Source of the DNA: Verrucomicrobiia bacterium
Lineage (GTDB): Bacteria > Verrucomicrobiota > Verrucomicrobiia > Limisphaerales > UBA1319
NCBI GenBank assembly: GCA_963664225.1
Contig: OY760937.1
Location: 640,001 to 704,000, forward strand
Direction of reading: 5' to 3'
DNA: 64,000 bases
Notes under the pieces: model-generated
Seen by the model: only the letters and a program-made list of their open reading frames with translations
Databases searched by the model: none
What the model was told of the DNA's origin: nothing
In this document: positions 1 to 10,196 of the stretch, in pieces
Numbering within the stretch: the first letter of the stretch is position 1
How the letters are laid out: each line of letters opens with the position of its first letter
Translations under genes and position numbers: made by a program

Positions 1-794
1 ATGAATCGGAACATCCAGAAGGTCGTCAATCGGGCGCACAAATTATCGGCAACTATAGTTAACACAAATACCACGGCCATCAAGACAAAGGCGATGGCCA
101 GGTGCGGGGTCCAGAAAAGGCCCACCAAAGCCAGGAAGAACGCGGCTTCGTAGCAATGGGCGATTTCAATCAAGCCCAGATATGGACCCGCAAACTCGAG
201 GGTGACGCCTTTAACGATTTCCTGATGGGCGTGATGGGAGGTCGCCAAGTCGAAGGGCGATTTTTGGAATTTGATCATCACCACGGTCAAATAGGCCAGA
301 AACAGGAGGGGCATGGAGAGCAGCAGGGGCTTGCTGGAATCATAGATGGACTGGATCTGGAAATTGCCGTTGATGAGATAAAAACCGATGACCATGAGGA
401 TGAGGATCGGTTCATAGGCGACCATCATGACAATTTCGCGCTGGCTGCCGATGCGGCTGAAGGGCGAACGCACGCTCATGCCGCCCAGCACGAGGGACAG
501 GGAGGCGAAGGCCAGAATGAAGAGGAGCATCAGGCTGTCCTGCCCCATGGCCAGCATGAAGGTCGAGAGGACCATCAGCATGAGGTGCAGGATGGCGTAA
601 GTCACCTGGATGCGGTTGACGACCACCGGCTCCTTGCGCATCAGCTTGAGGATGTCGTAGAAAGGCTGGAGCAGGGGCGGACCCACGCGGCTCTGCATGC
701 GAGCGGTAATAACGCGGTCAAGGCCGCGAATAAAGCCACCAATAACGGGCGCCAAAACAACGGCGCCCAAGGCCAGACTCACCTTGGAATTCAT
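1..794 (-). CDS. echB: Ech hydrogenase membrane subunit B (NuoH/complex I subunit 1 family), runs off window edge
   Basis: Not in the ORF track because it is truncated. Own translation from ATG at 794 (ATGA overlap with echA stop): MNSKVSLALGAVVLAPVIGGFIRGLDRVITARMQSRVGPPLLQPFYDILKL...SPFSRIGSQREIVMMVAYEP...KSPFDLATSHHAHQEIVKGVTLEFAG, which are NuoH/EchB motifs. Confidence 0.85.
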   Translation of the reverse strand, partial: MNSKVSLALGAVVLAPVIGGFIRGLDRVITARMQSRVGPPLLQPFYDILKLMRKEPVVVNRIQVTYAILHLMLMVLSTFMLAMGQDSLMLLFILAFASLSLVLGGMSVRSPFSRIGSQREIVMMVAYEPILILMVIGFYLINGNFQIQSIYDSSKPLLLSMPLLFLAYLTVVMIKFQKSPFDLATSHHAHQEIVKGVTLEFAGPYLGLIEIAHCYEAAFFLALVGLFWTPHLAIAFVLMAVVFVLTIVADNLCARLTTFWMFRF

Positions 795-2719
795 ATCAGG
801 CTAATGCGTGCGAAGAAACTAATGAGAATGAGGAATGCCACCGGATTGGCCCAGCGAGTGATTATTGTTTCACCGAACCACGGTGCGAAATAGTAACTGG
901 TCACCTGCGCGGTATTTTTACCGTCCATCAAGCTGCGGAATTCGAAGCTTTTCGATTCGGAACCGACATTTTCACCGCAGAGGAAGGGCAGGCGGACCTG
1001 GGTTTTACGCCAGGTAACGATGGAGGCCAGGCCGACGATGGCGACAATGGCCAGGATGGGATACATGGCCCAGCTCATGTAGTCATCGACGGTTTTCATG
1101 AGGGCTTCGGAGCCTGGTTGGGCGGTGACATTGGCCAGGGCGTTTATCGCGATGGGTTGGAGCCAATTCTTATACACGGCCATGGAAGCCGCGCCGGAGA
1201 TGACCACCGCCGTTGCCAGAAGAACCAGGGCGGCCCTCATGGTATTGGGCATGGATTCAATGGTGTAATGGTCGTGATACGAGGTGGTGGTGATGCGGCC
1301 CATCCATTTGGCCCAGAAAAAGACCGTCAACGCGCTGCCCAGGATGAAGAGCATGACAACCACCGGAGTGTGGGCAGCGGCCACGATGGCCATCCACTTG
1401 CCCACCAGCATGCCGAAGGGCGGGGCCATCATCGAGATCATGCCGACAATGGCGATGGTGGTGGTCATGGGCATTTTAAACATGATGCCGGCCATGTCAT
1501 CGATGTTGCGGCTGCCGATCTGCTGTTCGATGGTGCCGACGCACAGGAAGAGCAGGGCTTTGGAAATCGCGTGATAAACCAGGATGATCAGGGCCGCGGT
1601 ATAAGCCAGCGGCGAATTAATGCCCGCGCAGGCGACGATCAAGCCCAGGTTGGCGATGGTCGAGTAAGCGAGCACTTTCTTGGCGTTGTTCTGGCTGATG
1701 GCAATGGCCGAAGTAATGGCGAAGGTAAATCCGCCGGCCAGGGCGACCAGGAGCGCCAATGGGGTGTCCTGAAACGCGGGCGCCAGGCGCAGGACCAGGT
1801 AGGAACCGGCTTTGACCATCGTGCTCGAGTGGAGCAGGGCCGAAACGGGTGTCGGGGCCACCATCGCGCCCAGGAGCCAGCTTTGGAAGGGCAGTTGGGC
1901 GGATTTGGTAAAGGCGGCGATGAGCAGCAAAAGGATCGGGAGAAGAAGGGTTATGGGCGATGCGGTATGAATCATCCCGCTGATAGTGCCGTTGCCGCCC
2001 TCATGCGCGAACGCCACCGCCGCAGCGGTCATGGCGACGCCGCCGATCATGTTGATCACCAACGCGCGCCGGGCATTCTGGCGGGCTTCCGTGGTGCGAT
2101 CATGACCGATCAGGAAGAAGGAGCAAAGCGTGGTGCATTCCCAGAAGATCGACAACCATTTCAGGCTGTCGGTGAGCACCAAACCGTTCATCAGGCCGAG
2201 GAAACCGGTAAGAAAGAAGAAAAAGCGGCCATTGGTGGCGGCTGTGGATGGCGCATGGTGCTCGTGGCGGTGCATGTAGCCAATACCGAAGACCACGATG
2301 GTCGAGCCGACCAGAGTGATGATCAGAATGAGCACGGTGGACAGGGAATCCAGCACGAAGCCCGCACCGGCATGTTCGGCCCCGCCGTGGAACAATTCAT
2401 ATACGGCCATGGCGAATTGGAGCACCGTCATGCCGACCACAGTCCAGATGCGAAAACGAATGCCGATTGTCGCGACTGTGGCGATGACGCCAAATTCCAG
2501 CACGGTGGCGAGATGGCCCGCCCAAGGCCCGGCTTCAAAGACAAACGGTCCTCCCCGGGCCAGCAATATGCCCAGCGATGCGGTCAGCACCGCGGCGGTC
2601 ATGACGATTACATTGCGTATTCGCTCCGCGCGCACCGCCCAGGCCGCCATCCCCAAGAGGATGGGCCCGGCAATGATCGCCAGCAATACGCCCGATTGAA
2701 ATTCAGAGCCTGTCAACAT
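791..2719 (-). CDS. echA: Ech hydrogenase subunit A (NuoL/MrpA-like proton-conducting subunit)
   Basis: Polytopic membrane protein with FTKSAQLPFQSWLLGAMVAPTPVSALLHSSTMVKAG and KKVLAYSTIANLGLI motifs; C-terminal FLCGEN; directly followed by an EchB-like gene. Confidence 0.85.
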   Translation of the reverse strand: MLTGSEFQSGVLLAIIAGPILLGMAAWAVRAERIRNVIVMTAAVLTASLGILLARGGPFVFEAGPWAGHLATVLEFGVIATVATIGIRFRIWTVVGMTVLQFAMAVYELFHGGAEHAGAGFVLDSLSTVLILIITLVGSTIVVFGIGYMHRHEHHAPSTAATNGRFFFFLTGFLGLMNGLVLTDSLKWLSIFWECTTLCSFFLIGHDRTTEARQNARRALVINMIGGVAMTAAAVAFAHEGGNGTISGMIHTASPITLLLPILLLLIAAFTKSAQLPFQSWLLGAMVAPTPVSALLHSSTMVKAGSYLVLRLAPAFQDTPLALLVALAGGFTFAITSAIAISQNNAKKVLAYSTIANLGLIVACAGINSPLAYTAALIILVYHAISKALLFLCVGTIEQQIGSRNIDDMAGIMFKMPMTTTIAIVGMISMMAPPFGMLVGKWMAIVAAAHTPVVVMLFILGSALTVFFWAKWMGRITTTSYHDHYTIESMPNTMRAALVLLATAVVISGAASMAVYKNWLQPIAINALANVTAQPGSEALMKTVDDYMSWAMYPILAIVAIVGLASIVTWRKTQVRLPFLCGENVGSESKSFEFRSLMDGKNTAQVTSYYFAPWFGETIITRWANPVAFLILISFFARISLI

Positions 2720-2789
2720 CAGTCACCTGCGCAAAAGCCATTAAAATTGGCCAACTCGGGTTCAGATTCAATAGAAATTTGCATATTTT

Positions 2790-2803
2790 TTGATTATGCT
2801 CAT
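2790..2803 (-). promoter_or_regulatory. Possible FNR/CRP-family box upstream of echA
   Basis: Minus strand ATGAG-CATA-ATCAA matches TTGAT-N4-ATCAA at 8/10, in an AT-rich region ~75 bp upstream of echA. Confidence 0.3.
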
Positions 2804-3183
2804 CAGCTTCCGGGGGTTGGAACGATTGTAATAAATTGGCATGCAGATACATGTAGCGTATTTTATCCGAACAATGAGGGTATAAAAATAATAATCAAAA
2901 CTAATGTATCGCGCTAAAATACGGGCTCTTTTTAATTTTGTGATGGGAAACCAAGTTTAATGTGGATGATTAGAAAATAAGAACAATCCGGGGAAGGGGA
3001 AAAGGGAAGAATGGATACGTGACAATGGACCCGAAGATGCCGCCGCGTGGACTGGGCTGGATGGGGATGCGGGATTTGATTCAACGCCGGGACGCAGCCG
3101 CGTCGGACCGCAAGTCGAGAACCGCAAAGCGGAACTGGATTCGCGATCAGACGTTGGCGCAGTTTCCTATTGTCCGGCTGGGA

Positions 3184-3270
3184 TCAGCGTCCGCGTCTGT
3201 TGTAGAAGAAGCCGCCGCCGCCCAACAATAGCACCAGCACTACAATGATTAAGATGGTTTCGTTTGACAT
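3184..3270 (-). CDS. 28-aa single-pass membrane microprotein (DUF3309-like)
   Basis: MSNETILIIVVLVLLLGGGGFFYNRRGR*: hydrophobic helix, Gly4, basic tail; GGA upstream of ATG; below the ORF-track size cutoff. Confidence 0.65.
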   Translation of the reverse strand: MSNETILIIVVLVLLLGGGGFFYNRRGR

Positions 3271-3666
3271 ATATTCCAAACGTATGACTTGTGGTGGCTT
3301 CGCGAAATGGGGTGTTCACCCCACAAGTTTGTTGACCAGGCGGTTTCGGTGCGGTGTCGGGGGCTGGCGCAAGGAAAGAAGAATGGATAATTGAAAATGG
3401 ACAATGGACAATGGAATTGAAAAATGCATTGACGTACGCCATAATCCATGCTTTCTCCAAAAGGAGAATGAGAAGTATTGCGGGTTCTGGGTTTGTTGAA
3501 CGGTTTGAGGGATGCCGCCGCGCCGGACTTAATGCCCCACGCCGCCCTTGCCCGGCTCGTCCGGTTCTGGCTTTTACCAGGTTCCTGAGTTTTGTTCTGT
3601 GCCGTCGAATTCAATCGATGGCGATTTCGAATTGCCATTGCGGAAATTTGCGCAATTATTCTGTCC

Positions 3667-4830
3667 ATGAGTAAGACGAGCGCCGCAAAGGCGAAACTGG
3701 CGAAATTTCCCCGGCTGAATCCTTCGGGTTTGACGAAGAGTGTTTCGGTCGCGGATTTGATGGATAAGACTTTTCTGGCGTACAACGCGGGGCGACTGCG
3801 CGAGGCGGCGCAGTTGTTGACGCGGAAGATGCTGCCGAAGGACGGGTATATCGGCATGAGCCTGACCGGGGCGCTGACGCCGGCGGGGCTGGGAAAATCC
3901 TGCCTTATTCCGATGATGAAGGCTGGGTTTGTGGATTGGATTGTCTCGACCGGGGCCAATTTGTATCACGATCTTCATTACGGGCTGGACTTGAAGTTGT
4001 ACGCGGGGTCGCCGTTTCTGGACGATGTGCAGTTGCGCCAGGACGGGGTGATCCGGATTTACGATATTCTGTTCGATTACGATGTGTTGCTGGATACGGA
4101 CGCGTTTGTGCGGGAGGTGATTCAGGCGCCGGAGTTCCAGCGGACGATGGGGACGGACGAGTTTCATTATATTTTCGGCAAATACGTGCATGAACGGGAG
4201 AAACGGCTGGGGATCACGGATTGTTCGGTGCTGGGCGCGGCGTATCGGTATGGGATTCCGGTGTTCACGAGCAGTCCCGGGGATAGTTCGATCGGCATGA
4301 ATCTGGCGGCGATGTCGCTGCGGGATTCGAAGTTGCTGCTGGATGTGAACCGGGATGTGAACCAGACGGCGGCGATTGTGTATGATGCCAAGTCGAGCAA
4401 GCACACGTCGTCGGTATTCATATTGGGCGGGGGTTCGCCGAAGAATTTCATGCTGCAAACGGAGCCGCAAATCCAGGAGGTGATGGGGATTCCCGAGCGC
4501 GGGCACGATTATTTCCTGCAGGTCACGGACGCGCGACCGGACACGGGCGGTTTGAGCGGGGCAACGCCTTCTGAAGCCGTGAGTTGGGGGAAGGTGGATC
4601 CGGAGAATCTGCCGGATTGCGTGGTGGCGTATGTGGATACGACGGTGGCGCTTCCGCTGTTGGCCAGCTATTGCCTGAGCCGTCACCCGGCGCGCAAGCA
4701 GAAGCGTCTTTACGATCGCCGCGATGCGATGTTTGGAGCGATCAAAGCCCAGTATTTAAAGCATGGTTCGGTGGATAAAATCGAGCCCAAACGAAAACCG
4801 GCATCGGGTCGAGCGCAAAAGAAAGGTTAA
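3667..4830 (+). CDS. Deoxyhypusine synthase-like protein (probable homospermidine biosynthesis, SpeY-like)
   Basis: [28 protein letters not shown] and [18 protein letters not shown] motifs of the DHS family; start set at MSKTS (3667). Confidence 0.85.
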   Translation: MSKTSAAKAKLAKFPRLNPSGLTKSVSVADLMDKTFLAYNAGRLREAAQLLTRKMLPKDGYIGMSLTGALTPAGLGKSCLIPMMKAGFVDWIVSTGANLYHDLHYGLDLKLYAGSPFLDDVQLRQDGVIRIYDILFDYDVLLDTDAFVREVIQAPEFQRTMGTDEFHYIFGKYVHEREKRLGITDCSVLGAAYRYGIPVFTSSPGDSSIGMNLAAMSLRDSKLLLDVNRDVNQTAAIVYDAKSSKHTSSVFILGGGSPKNFMLQTEPQIQEVMGIPERGHDYFLQVTDARPDTGGLSGATPSEAVSWGKVDPENLPDCVVAYVDTTVALPLLASYCLSRHPARKQKRLYDRRDAMFGAIKAQYLKHGSVDKIEPKRKPASGRAQKKG

Positions 4831-4917
4831 GCCGCGCTTGCAATTCGATCCGGTTCTTATCATTCTGGAAAAAATCAATGTCACAGCCGGGCGGTTGTCC
4901 GGTGAACATAAAAACAA

Positions 4918-6735
4918 ATGAGCAACGTGCCAGATAGTAACTTTGACCTCGAGACGCTGTTCCTGCCCGCATGGGCGCAGAAGTCCGCATCGGTTAATCA
5001 GTTTGCTAATTTTAACGGCGATACGGAAGGTGGCGATCGACGCCGTTTCCGTGGCGGTGATCAGCGTTCAGACCGTGGACCACGACGGGGGCCTCCCGGC
5101 GGCGGCGGCGGTGGTGGCGGACGCGGACAGGGTCAGGGCGGGGGACGCAGCCAGGGCGGTCAGGGCGGTTTCAACCGCGGGCCTCGTCCAGGTGGCGCGC
5201 CGCAAGGCCGATTCGCCGAGGAACGCCGCGAGCGCGAGCCAGAGGTGCAGTTGCCGCAGATCGAGACTTCGATCCTGCCTGAGGAAAAGGGAGTGGAATC
5301 CCTGGCGCGACAGATCAAGCTCACGGGCCGCGCCTATCCGCTTTTTGACATTGGTCATCTGATTTTGAAGAAGCCTGAACGCTACAATGTGGAGTTCAAG
5401 GTCATCAAGAAGGCGGACGGACAAGTGGCGCAGACGATGGTGCTGTGCTCGCTGGACGAAACGCTGTGGCTGTCCGAGACGGACGCGATGAACCACATTC
5501 TGGACCGGCATTTCGGGACTTTCTACCAATCGGAGAAGATTCCGTCCGATCCGCCCAAGGGAGTGTTCACCTTCGTGGCGCAATGCGGCATCAGCGGGAC
5601 GGTGCTGGGGCCGCCGAATTATCACGATTACCAGACCAAGCTGCGCAAGCTTCATACGGAGCGTTTTCACAACATGCCTTTCGAGATGTTCAAGGCGCGT
5701 GTGAAGATTGTGAAGGACGAGGCGGTGGTCAAGAAATGGGTGGAAGACCAGAGTTTCAAGACGGAGTACATCTGCCTGAACGTGCCGGAGGCCCTGCGCC
5801 TGACGAGCCGCGAAGAGGTGGAGAACCATTTCCGCGCGACGCATCTGGCGACCGTGGTTCAAAAGCTGGAGACCTACACTTTGAATGGTGTGGCCGCGCG
5901 GGCATTGCCTTACGGTCCTTTTGCGGCGCTTGCACGGCGCGCCTTCGAGGAGCAACGCCGGTTTCCGTTGAGGGTTGTGACGGCGCTGAGCCAGTCCTTT
6001 GCGCATCACGGGCTGCAATTCTTCAAGGTGGACAAGACTGTCACGCATGTGGCGGTATCGCGGCCGCACTTCCTGGATGTCAATGTGACCCCGGTGTCCA
6101 CTGGCGTGAAGGCGGTTCTGAACTTCATCGACACCCACGCGAACACGACTCGCAAGAAACTGGTGGAAGCACTGGCTCCCACACCTGCGGCGGCAAAACC
6201 GGCGGCTCCTGTGGCCCCTGTTGCTCCCGCTGTTCCGGCACCTGTGGCCGTTGCTCCTGTTGCTCCTGTTGAAGGCGCGGAAGCCGCTGCTGCAAGTGAA
6301 ACGCCTGCGGCTCCGGCGGCACCGGTCGCGCCTGTGCCGACCGCTCCTGAAGCGCCTGCACTGACAGCGGCGCAAAGCGCGGTGATCGGGGATTTGCATT
6401 GGCTCATTCACCAGGGGCACGTCATCGAGTTTGCCAATGGTGTGCTCGAGACGGCGAAGCAGCCCGCGCCACGGCCGCCGAAACCGGCGCCCAAGGTTCA
6501 GGCCCAACCCAAGGAGAAACCCGCTGTTGAAGGCGCAGCCGCCACACCTGCGGTTGCCCCCGAGGTGGCTGCTGTTGCAGCCGCTGAAGTGGCCGCTCCG
6601 GCAACTCCGGTTGTCGTGGAAGCCGCGGCTCCGGTCGCGGAGGCACCTGTTACACCTGTTGCACCGGTCACGCCTGCAAGCGAGACTCCGGCGCCGACCC
6701 CAACGACTGCTGGCGAACAGCCCGCCGCCCAATAA
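4918..6735 (+). CDS. Hypothetical protein with Arg/Gly-rich N-terminus, globular core and Pro/Ala-rich tail
   Basis: 605-aa ORF with strong coding bias, followed by a terminator; no family recognised. Confidence 0.8.
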   Translation: MSNVPDSNFDLETLFLPAWAQKSASVNQFANFNGDTEGGDRRRFRGGDQRSDRGPRRGPPGGGGGGGGRGQGQGGGRSQGGQGGFNRGPRPGGAPQGRFAEERREREPEVQLPQIETSILPEEKGVESLARQIKLTGRAYPLFDIGHLILKKPERYNVEFKVIKKADGQVAQTMVLCSLDETLWLSETDAMNHILDRHFGTFYQSEKIPSDPPKGVFTFVAQCGISGTVLGPPNYHDYQTKLRKLHTERFHNMPFEMFKARVKIVKDEAVVKKWVEDQSFKTEYICLNVPEALRLTSREEVENHFRATHLATVVQKLETYTLNGVAARALPYGPFAALARRAFEEQRRFPLRVVTALSQSFAHHGLQFFKVDKTVTHVAVSRPHFLDVNVTPVSTGVKAVLNFIDTHANTTRKKLVEALAPTPAAAKPAAPVAPVAPAVPAPVAVAPVAPVEGAEAAAASETPAAPAAPVAPVPTAPEAPALTAAQSAVIGDLHWLIHQGHVIEFANGVLETAKQPAPRPPKPAPKVQAQPKEKPAVEGAAATPAVAPEVAAVAAAEVAAPATPVVVEAAAPVAEAPVTPVAPVTPASETPAPTPTTAGEQPAAQ

Positions 6736-6750
6736 GGTTAAGAAGATTCA

Positions 6751-6801
6751 AAAAACAGCCTTTGCGAGTTCAACAGGAACCTGCAAAGGCTGTTTTGTTT
6801 T
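6751..6801. terminator. Bidirectional intrinsic terminator
   Basis: AAAACAGCCTTTGC...GCAAAGGCTGTTTT inverted repeat with A and T tracts between convergent genes. Confidence 0.8.
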
Positions 6802-6853
6802 CAATGTGAGAGGGAGGAAGCCCGTTTTCAAGCGGGCTCAAAGAGGAGTGCGC

Positions 6854-7234
6854 TCAAATATGTTTTGAGTCGTCTGCGTTCTTCGCGGTGTAGCCTGTGT
6901 CCTGGCGTTGGAAATTGACGGCGTTCTTCTTGAGGTAAGCCTGGAAGACGTCATCGGCACTCATGCCGAGGACCTGGGCGGAGCTGATGAGGAAATGAAA
7001 GAGATCGACGACCTCGACGCGGGCGTTTTGAGCATCGAATTTCTGATATTTGGCCCACCACTTCCAGGGAACACTGTCGGTTAATTCAGCGATTTCCTGG
7101 GTCATGGCGCGGCAATAATTCAAAATCCACTCTGTTTTCTGGGCGTCGGTCATGTTCTCGGTGTGAACGCCGATACGCTCGTTGAGGGACTTCTGCATGC
7201 GGAACATTTCCCGCAATTGATCTGGTGTATCCAT
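6854..7234 (-). CDS. Dimeric (all-alpha) dUTPase
   Basis: QEIAELTDSVPWKWW and VEVVDLFHFLIS motifs of the dUTPase_2 family. Confidence 0.85.
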   Translation of the reverse strand: MDTPDQLREMFRMQKSLNERIGVHTENMTDAQKTEWILNYCRAMTQEIAELTDSVPWKWWAKYQKFDAQNARVEVVDLFHFLISSAQVLGMSADDVFQAYLKKNAVNFQRQDTGYTAKNADDSKHI

Positions 7235-7408
7235 GCGTCCACGATTTCCACAGACGGGCGCGGAGGCAAGCGAATTTAGCATTAAAATGCTTAAGGAATG
7301 CGCGCGGGCCGTGGAACTTTTGGCGGCAATCGCCCGTTTTTCTTAAAAAGAGTCATTTTTCGTGATATTTGGCTTGTCAAAAGACCGGGAGCTTTGGCAA
7401 CTATTCGT

Positions 7409-8971
7409 ATGGTAACTTTAAAGGAACAAGAGAACCTTGATTCCGTTTTTTTCAAATTGGCCGATGAGTTTTTTCAAAGCCGTGACACCGGACTGACGTT
7501 CGACGATGTCACGCTGGCCACCTTGTATTCTGAGATCCTCCCGCGCGAAACGCAGTTTGACGTGGAACTGGCAGAGGGATTGCGCCTGAACATCCCCATC
7601 ATTTCCTCCGATATGGATACGGTTACGGAGTCGAGAATGGCGATCGCCATGGCTCTGAACGGCGGTTTGGGGCTGATTCATTACAACATGCCGGAACGCC
7701 AGCAACTCTCAGAGGTTTCGCGTGTCAAAAACCATGTTCACGGATTGATTCAGGAGCCGATCAAAGTGGCGCCCGAACAACTGATCGGCGATGTGCTGGA
7801 ATTGGTTGAGGAAAAGCATTTTGGTTTTCGGACCTTCCCGGTGGTGGATGGGACCGGGAAGTTGATCGGGCTGTTGTCAGGGCACGTCGTGAAGCCACGT
7901 TATGCCAAAAGCACGGTTTCCCAACTGCTGACTCCACGCGATCAAGTCGAGACGATTCAGAAAAAGGACCTTGGAAAAGATCCCGTTGGTCGCGCCGATA
8001 AGTTTTTTGCGGAGCATCCTGGGATTAACAAACTGCTGGTGGTGGATGAGAATGACCATTTGCGGGGTCTCTTCACGATGAGCGATGTGGAGCGCATCAG
8101 CCAGGAACGCAAAGCCCAGTTTCGGCCCGCCCGTGATTCGCAATACCGGTTGCTTTGCGGAGCGGCCATTTCGGCCACACGCAATGCGTTTGGGGATTTG
8201 GATCGCGAACGCATTCTAGGCCATGTTGGGGGCATGGTGGAACGCGGTCTGGATGTGGTGGCGGTTTCCACGGCCCATGGTCATTCCAAAGGGGTGGGAG
8301 ACACCGTGAAGTTATTAAGGAGCGCTTTTCCAAGCTTACCCATTATTGCTGGCAACGTTACGAGCAGTTCGGGCGTGGAATATCTGGCGGAGTGTGGCGC
8401 CAATGGCATCAAAATCGGTCAAGGCCCCGGTTCCATCTGCACAACGCGACTGGTCGCCGGAGTGGGCATTCCACAGATGACGGCGCTGTATCTGGCTTCC
8501 CGCTCGGCCCGCAGGAAGAAAGTATCCATTATCGCTGACGGTGGCATCACGAAGTCCGGCGACATGGTGAAGGCATTAACCCTGGCCAATGCCGTTATTT
8601 GCGGCGGGCTCTTTGCCGGATGCACCGAGGCTCCCGGCGAACTTCTTGAAATCAATGGCAAGGTTTACAAACAATACCGTGGAATGGGGAGCATGGCGGC
8701 GATGAAGTCAGGTTCCGCCTCCCGATATGGGCACGAAAAACATCTCACACAAAAAGTCGCTCCGGAAGGGATTGAGGCTTTGAAAGAAGTGTCGGGTTCG
8801 GTCGATCAAGTGTTGGGGCAGCTCATTGGGGGTATTCAATCGGGAATGGGGTATCTGGGCGTGGCCAATCTGGAACAACTTCGGCAAAAAGCCCGATACA
8901 TGGAAGTCAGCGCCGCCGGCCAACGAGAGGCCGCACCGCACGATGTTGTGGAATTAAAGACGGGTAAATAG
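7409..8971 (+). CDS. guaB: IMP dehydrogenase with CBS pair
   Basis: [19 protein letters not shown], catalytic [15 protein letters not shown] and YRGMGS motifs. Confidence 0.93.
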   Translation: MVTLKEQENLDSVFFKLADEFFQSRDTGLTFDDVTLATLYSEILPRETQFDVELAEGLRLNIPIISSDMDTVTESRMAIAMALNGGLGLIHYNMPERQQLSEVSRVKNHVHGLIQEPIKVAPEQLIGDVLELVEEKHFGFRTFPVVDGTGKLIGLLSGHVVKPRYAKSTVSQLLTPRDQVETIQKKDLGKDPVGRADKFFAEHPGINKLLVVDENDHLRGLFTMSDVERISQERKAQFRPARDSQYRLLCGAAISATRNAFGDLDRERILGHVGGMVERGLDVVAVSTAHGHSKGVGDTVKLLRSAFPSLPIIAGNVTSSSGVEYLAECGANGIKIGQGPGSICTTRLVAGVGIPQMTALYLASRSARRKKVSIIADGGITKSGDMVKALTLANAVICGGLFAGCTEAPGELLEINGKVYKQYRGMGSMAAMKSGSASRYGHEKHLTQKVAPEGIEALKEVSGSVDQVLGQLIGGIQSGMGYLGVANLEQLRQKARYMEVSAAGQREAAPHDVVELKTGK

Positions 8972-9106
8972 AGGAAGAGGGGCGGTTCTGCAAAGGATCG
9001 CGACTTTGATAAATCCTTGCGCGATTGTGGCCGGCCCGGGGTAGTCAATGCCCTGGCCACTCCCATTTCAAATGGTGCCGGTCGTCTGTTTGATTGCATC
9101 AACTCC

Positions 9107-9135
9107 TTGCAGGCGGGTTGGCTGGAGATTATAAA
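9107..9135 (+). promoter_or_regulatory. Sigma70 promoter giving a probable leaderless exbB mRNA
   Basis: TTGCAG-N17-TATAAA, with the ATG (9142) starting 7 nt after the last base of the -10. Confidence 0.5.
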
Positions 9136-9141
9136 TGGGGG

Positions 9142-9768
9142 ATGTTGCCGACTTTGTTAAGCCATGGCGGCCCTGTGATGTGGCTGCTAATCGTGGTCAG
9201 CGCGGTGGCGATGGTGGTATTTTTGGAACGCTTTTTGCATTATCACCGTGCGCAGATCAATTCGACCGAGTTTTTAAACGGGGTGCGAAATGTGATGCGC
9301 CGTGAAAACGTGGTGGAGGCGATCTCGATTTGCGAAGCGACGCCCGGGCCGGTGGCGCGGCTGGTGAAAACCGCGATTTTGAACCGGGAACGCGGCCGCG
9401 ACGGCGTGAGGGAGGCCCTGGAGGAAGCAGGGCTGGTGGAAGTGCCGCGGCTGGAGGAAAAGCTCAATTTGCTGGCGACCATTGCGCATATCGCGCCATT
9501 GATCGGGCTGTTGGGAACGGTGCTGGGATTCATCCGGATGTTCATGGAGCTCCAAAAGGCCGGGCTTTACGCGAATGCGGGCGTGCTGGCGGGGGGGATT
9601 TGGGAGGCGTTGATCGGAACCGCCGCGGGTCTGGCGCTGGCGATTCCCTGCTATGCGGCGTATAACTACCTTGTGAGCCGCGTCAATGCGATCGTGCTGG
9701 ACATGGAGAAGGCGGCCACGGAGGTGCTGAACATCGTCACCGAGACCACGAATAACAAGCAGCCGTGA
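9142..9768 (+). CDS. exbB: MotA/TolQ/ExbB proton channel protein
   Basis: APLIGLLGTVLG and GGIWEALIGTAAGLALAIP motifs. Confidence 0.9.
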   Translation: MLPTLLSHGGPVMWLLIVVSAVAMVVFLERFLHYHRAQINSTEFLNGVRNVMRRENVVEAISICEATPGPVARLVKTAILNRERGRDGVREALEEAGLVEVPRLEEKLNLLATIAHIAPLIGLLGTVLGFIRMFMELQKAGLYANAGVLAGGIWEALIGTAAGLALAIPCYAAYNYLVSRVNAIVLDMEKAATEVLNIVTETTNNKQP

Positions 9769-10196
9769 AATTTCCCCGCAACGCCAAAATATTTCGTGGG
9801 CAAATGGACGCCGCGCCATTCATGGGCGTTTTCTTTTTGCTGACGATCTTTTTGCTGTTGAACACGAGCCTGGTGTTTACGCCGGGCGTGCAGATACGAT
9901 TGCCCGAGGCGTCCGGTCGGCCATTGCCCGGGGTGGAGAATCCCACGGTGGTGGTATCCATGGATTTGAGCGGACAGCTCTATTTTGAGAATCAAGCCAT
10001 TCAGGAGAAGGAGTTGTCGAGGCGCTTGAGGGAGAAAGCGGCGATGTATAACGACCTGGTGGTTGTGATCGACGCGGACAAGGCGGTGGAACTGGAGGCG
10101 TTATTCCGGCTCAGCAAGCTGGCCGGGGATGCCGGGGTCAAGGAAGTGCTGGTGGCCGGGCGACCGGCAGCCCGGAGAACACCTTTTGTGCCATGA
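9765..10196 (+). CDS. exbD: ExbD/TolR family protein with atypical transmembrane segment
   Basis: One N-terminal TM, 'IRLPEAS' and 'VVIDADKAV' periplasmic motifs; overlaps the exbB stop. Confidence 0.85.
   Translation: MKFPRNAKIFRGQMDAAPFMGVFFLLTIFLLLNTSLVFTPGVQIRLPEASGRPLPGVENPTVVVSMDLSGQLYFENQAIQEKELSRRLREKAAMYNDLVVVIDADKAVELEALFRLSKLAGDAGVKEVLVAGRPAARRTPFVP

Noticed and set aside
791..2719. nuoL of complex I or mrpA
   Set aside because: Directly followed by a NuoH-like gene with EchB-type motifs and is the first gene of its unit, unlike nuo or mrp gene order.
102..2917. Long + strand ORFs 102-893 and 1118-2917
   Set aside because: Antisense shadows of echB/echA caused by GC-rich codon bias; no recognisable motifs.
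3019..3231. 70-aa + strand ORF as a protein
   Set aside because: No recognisable features, and it overlaps the more convincing 28-aa minus-strand microprotein.
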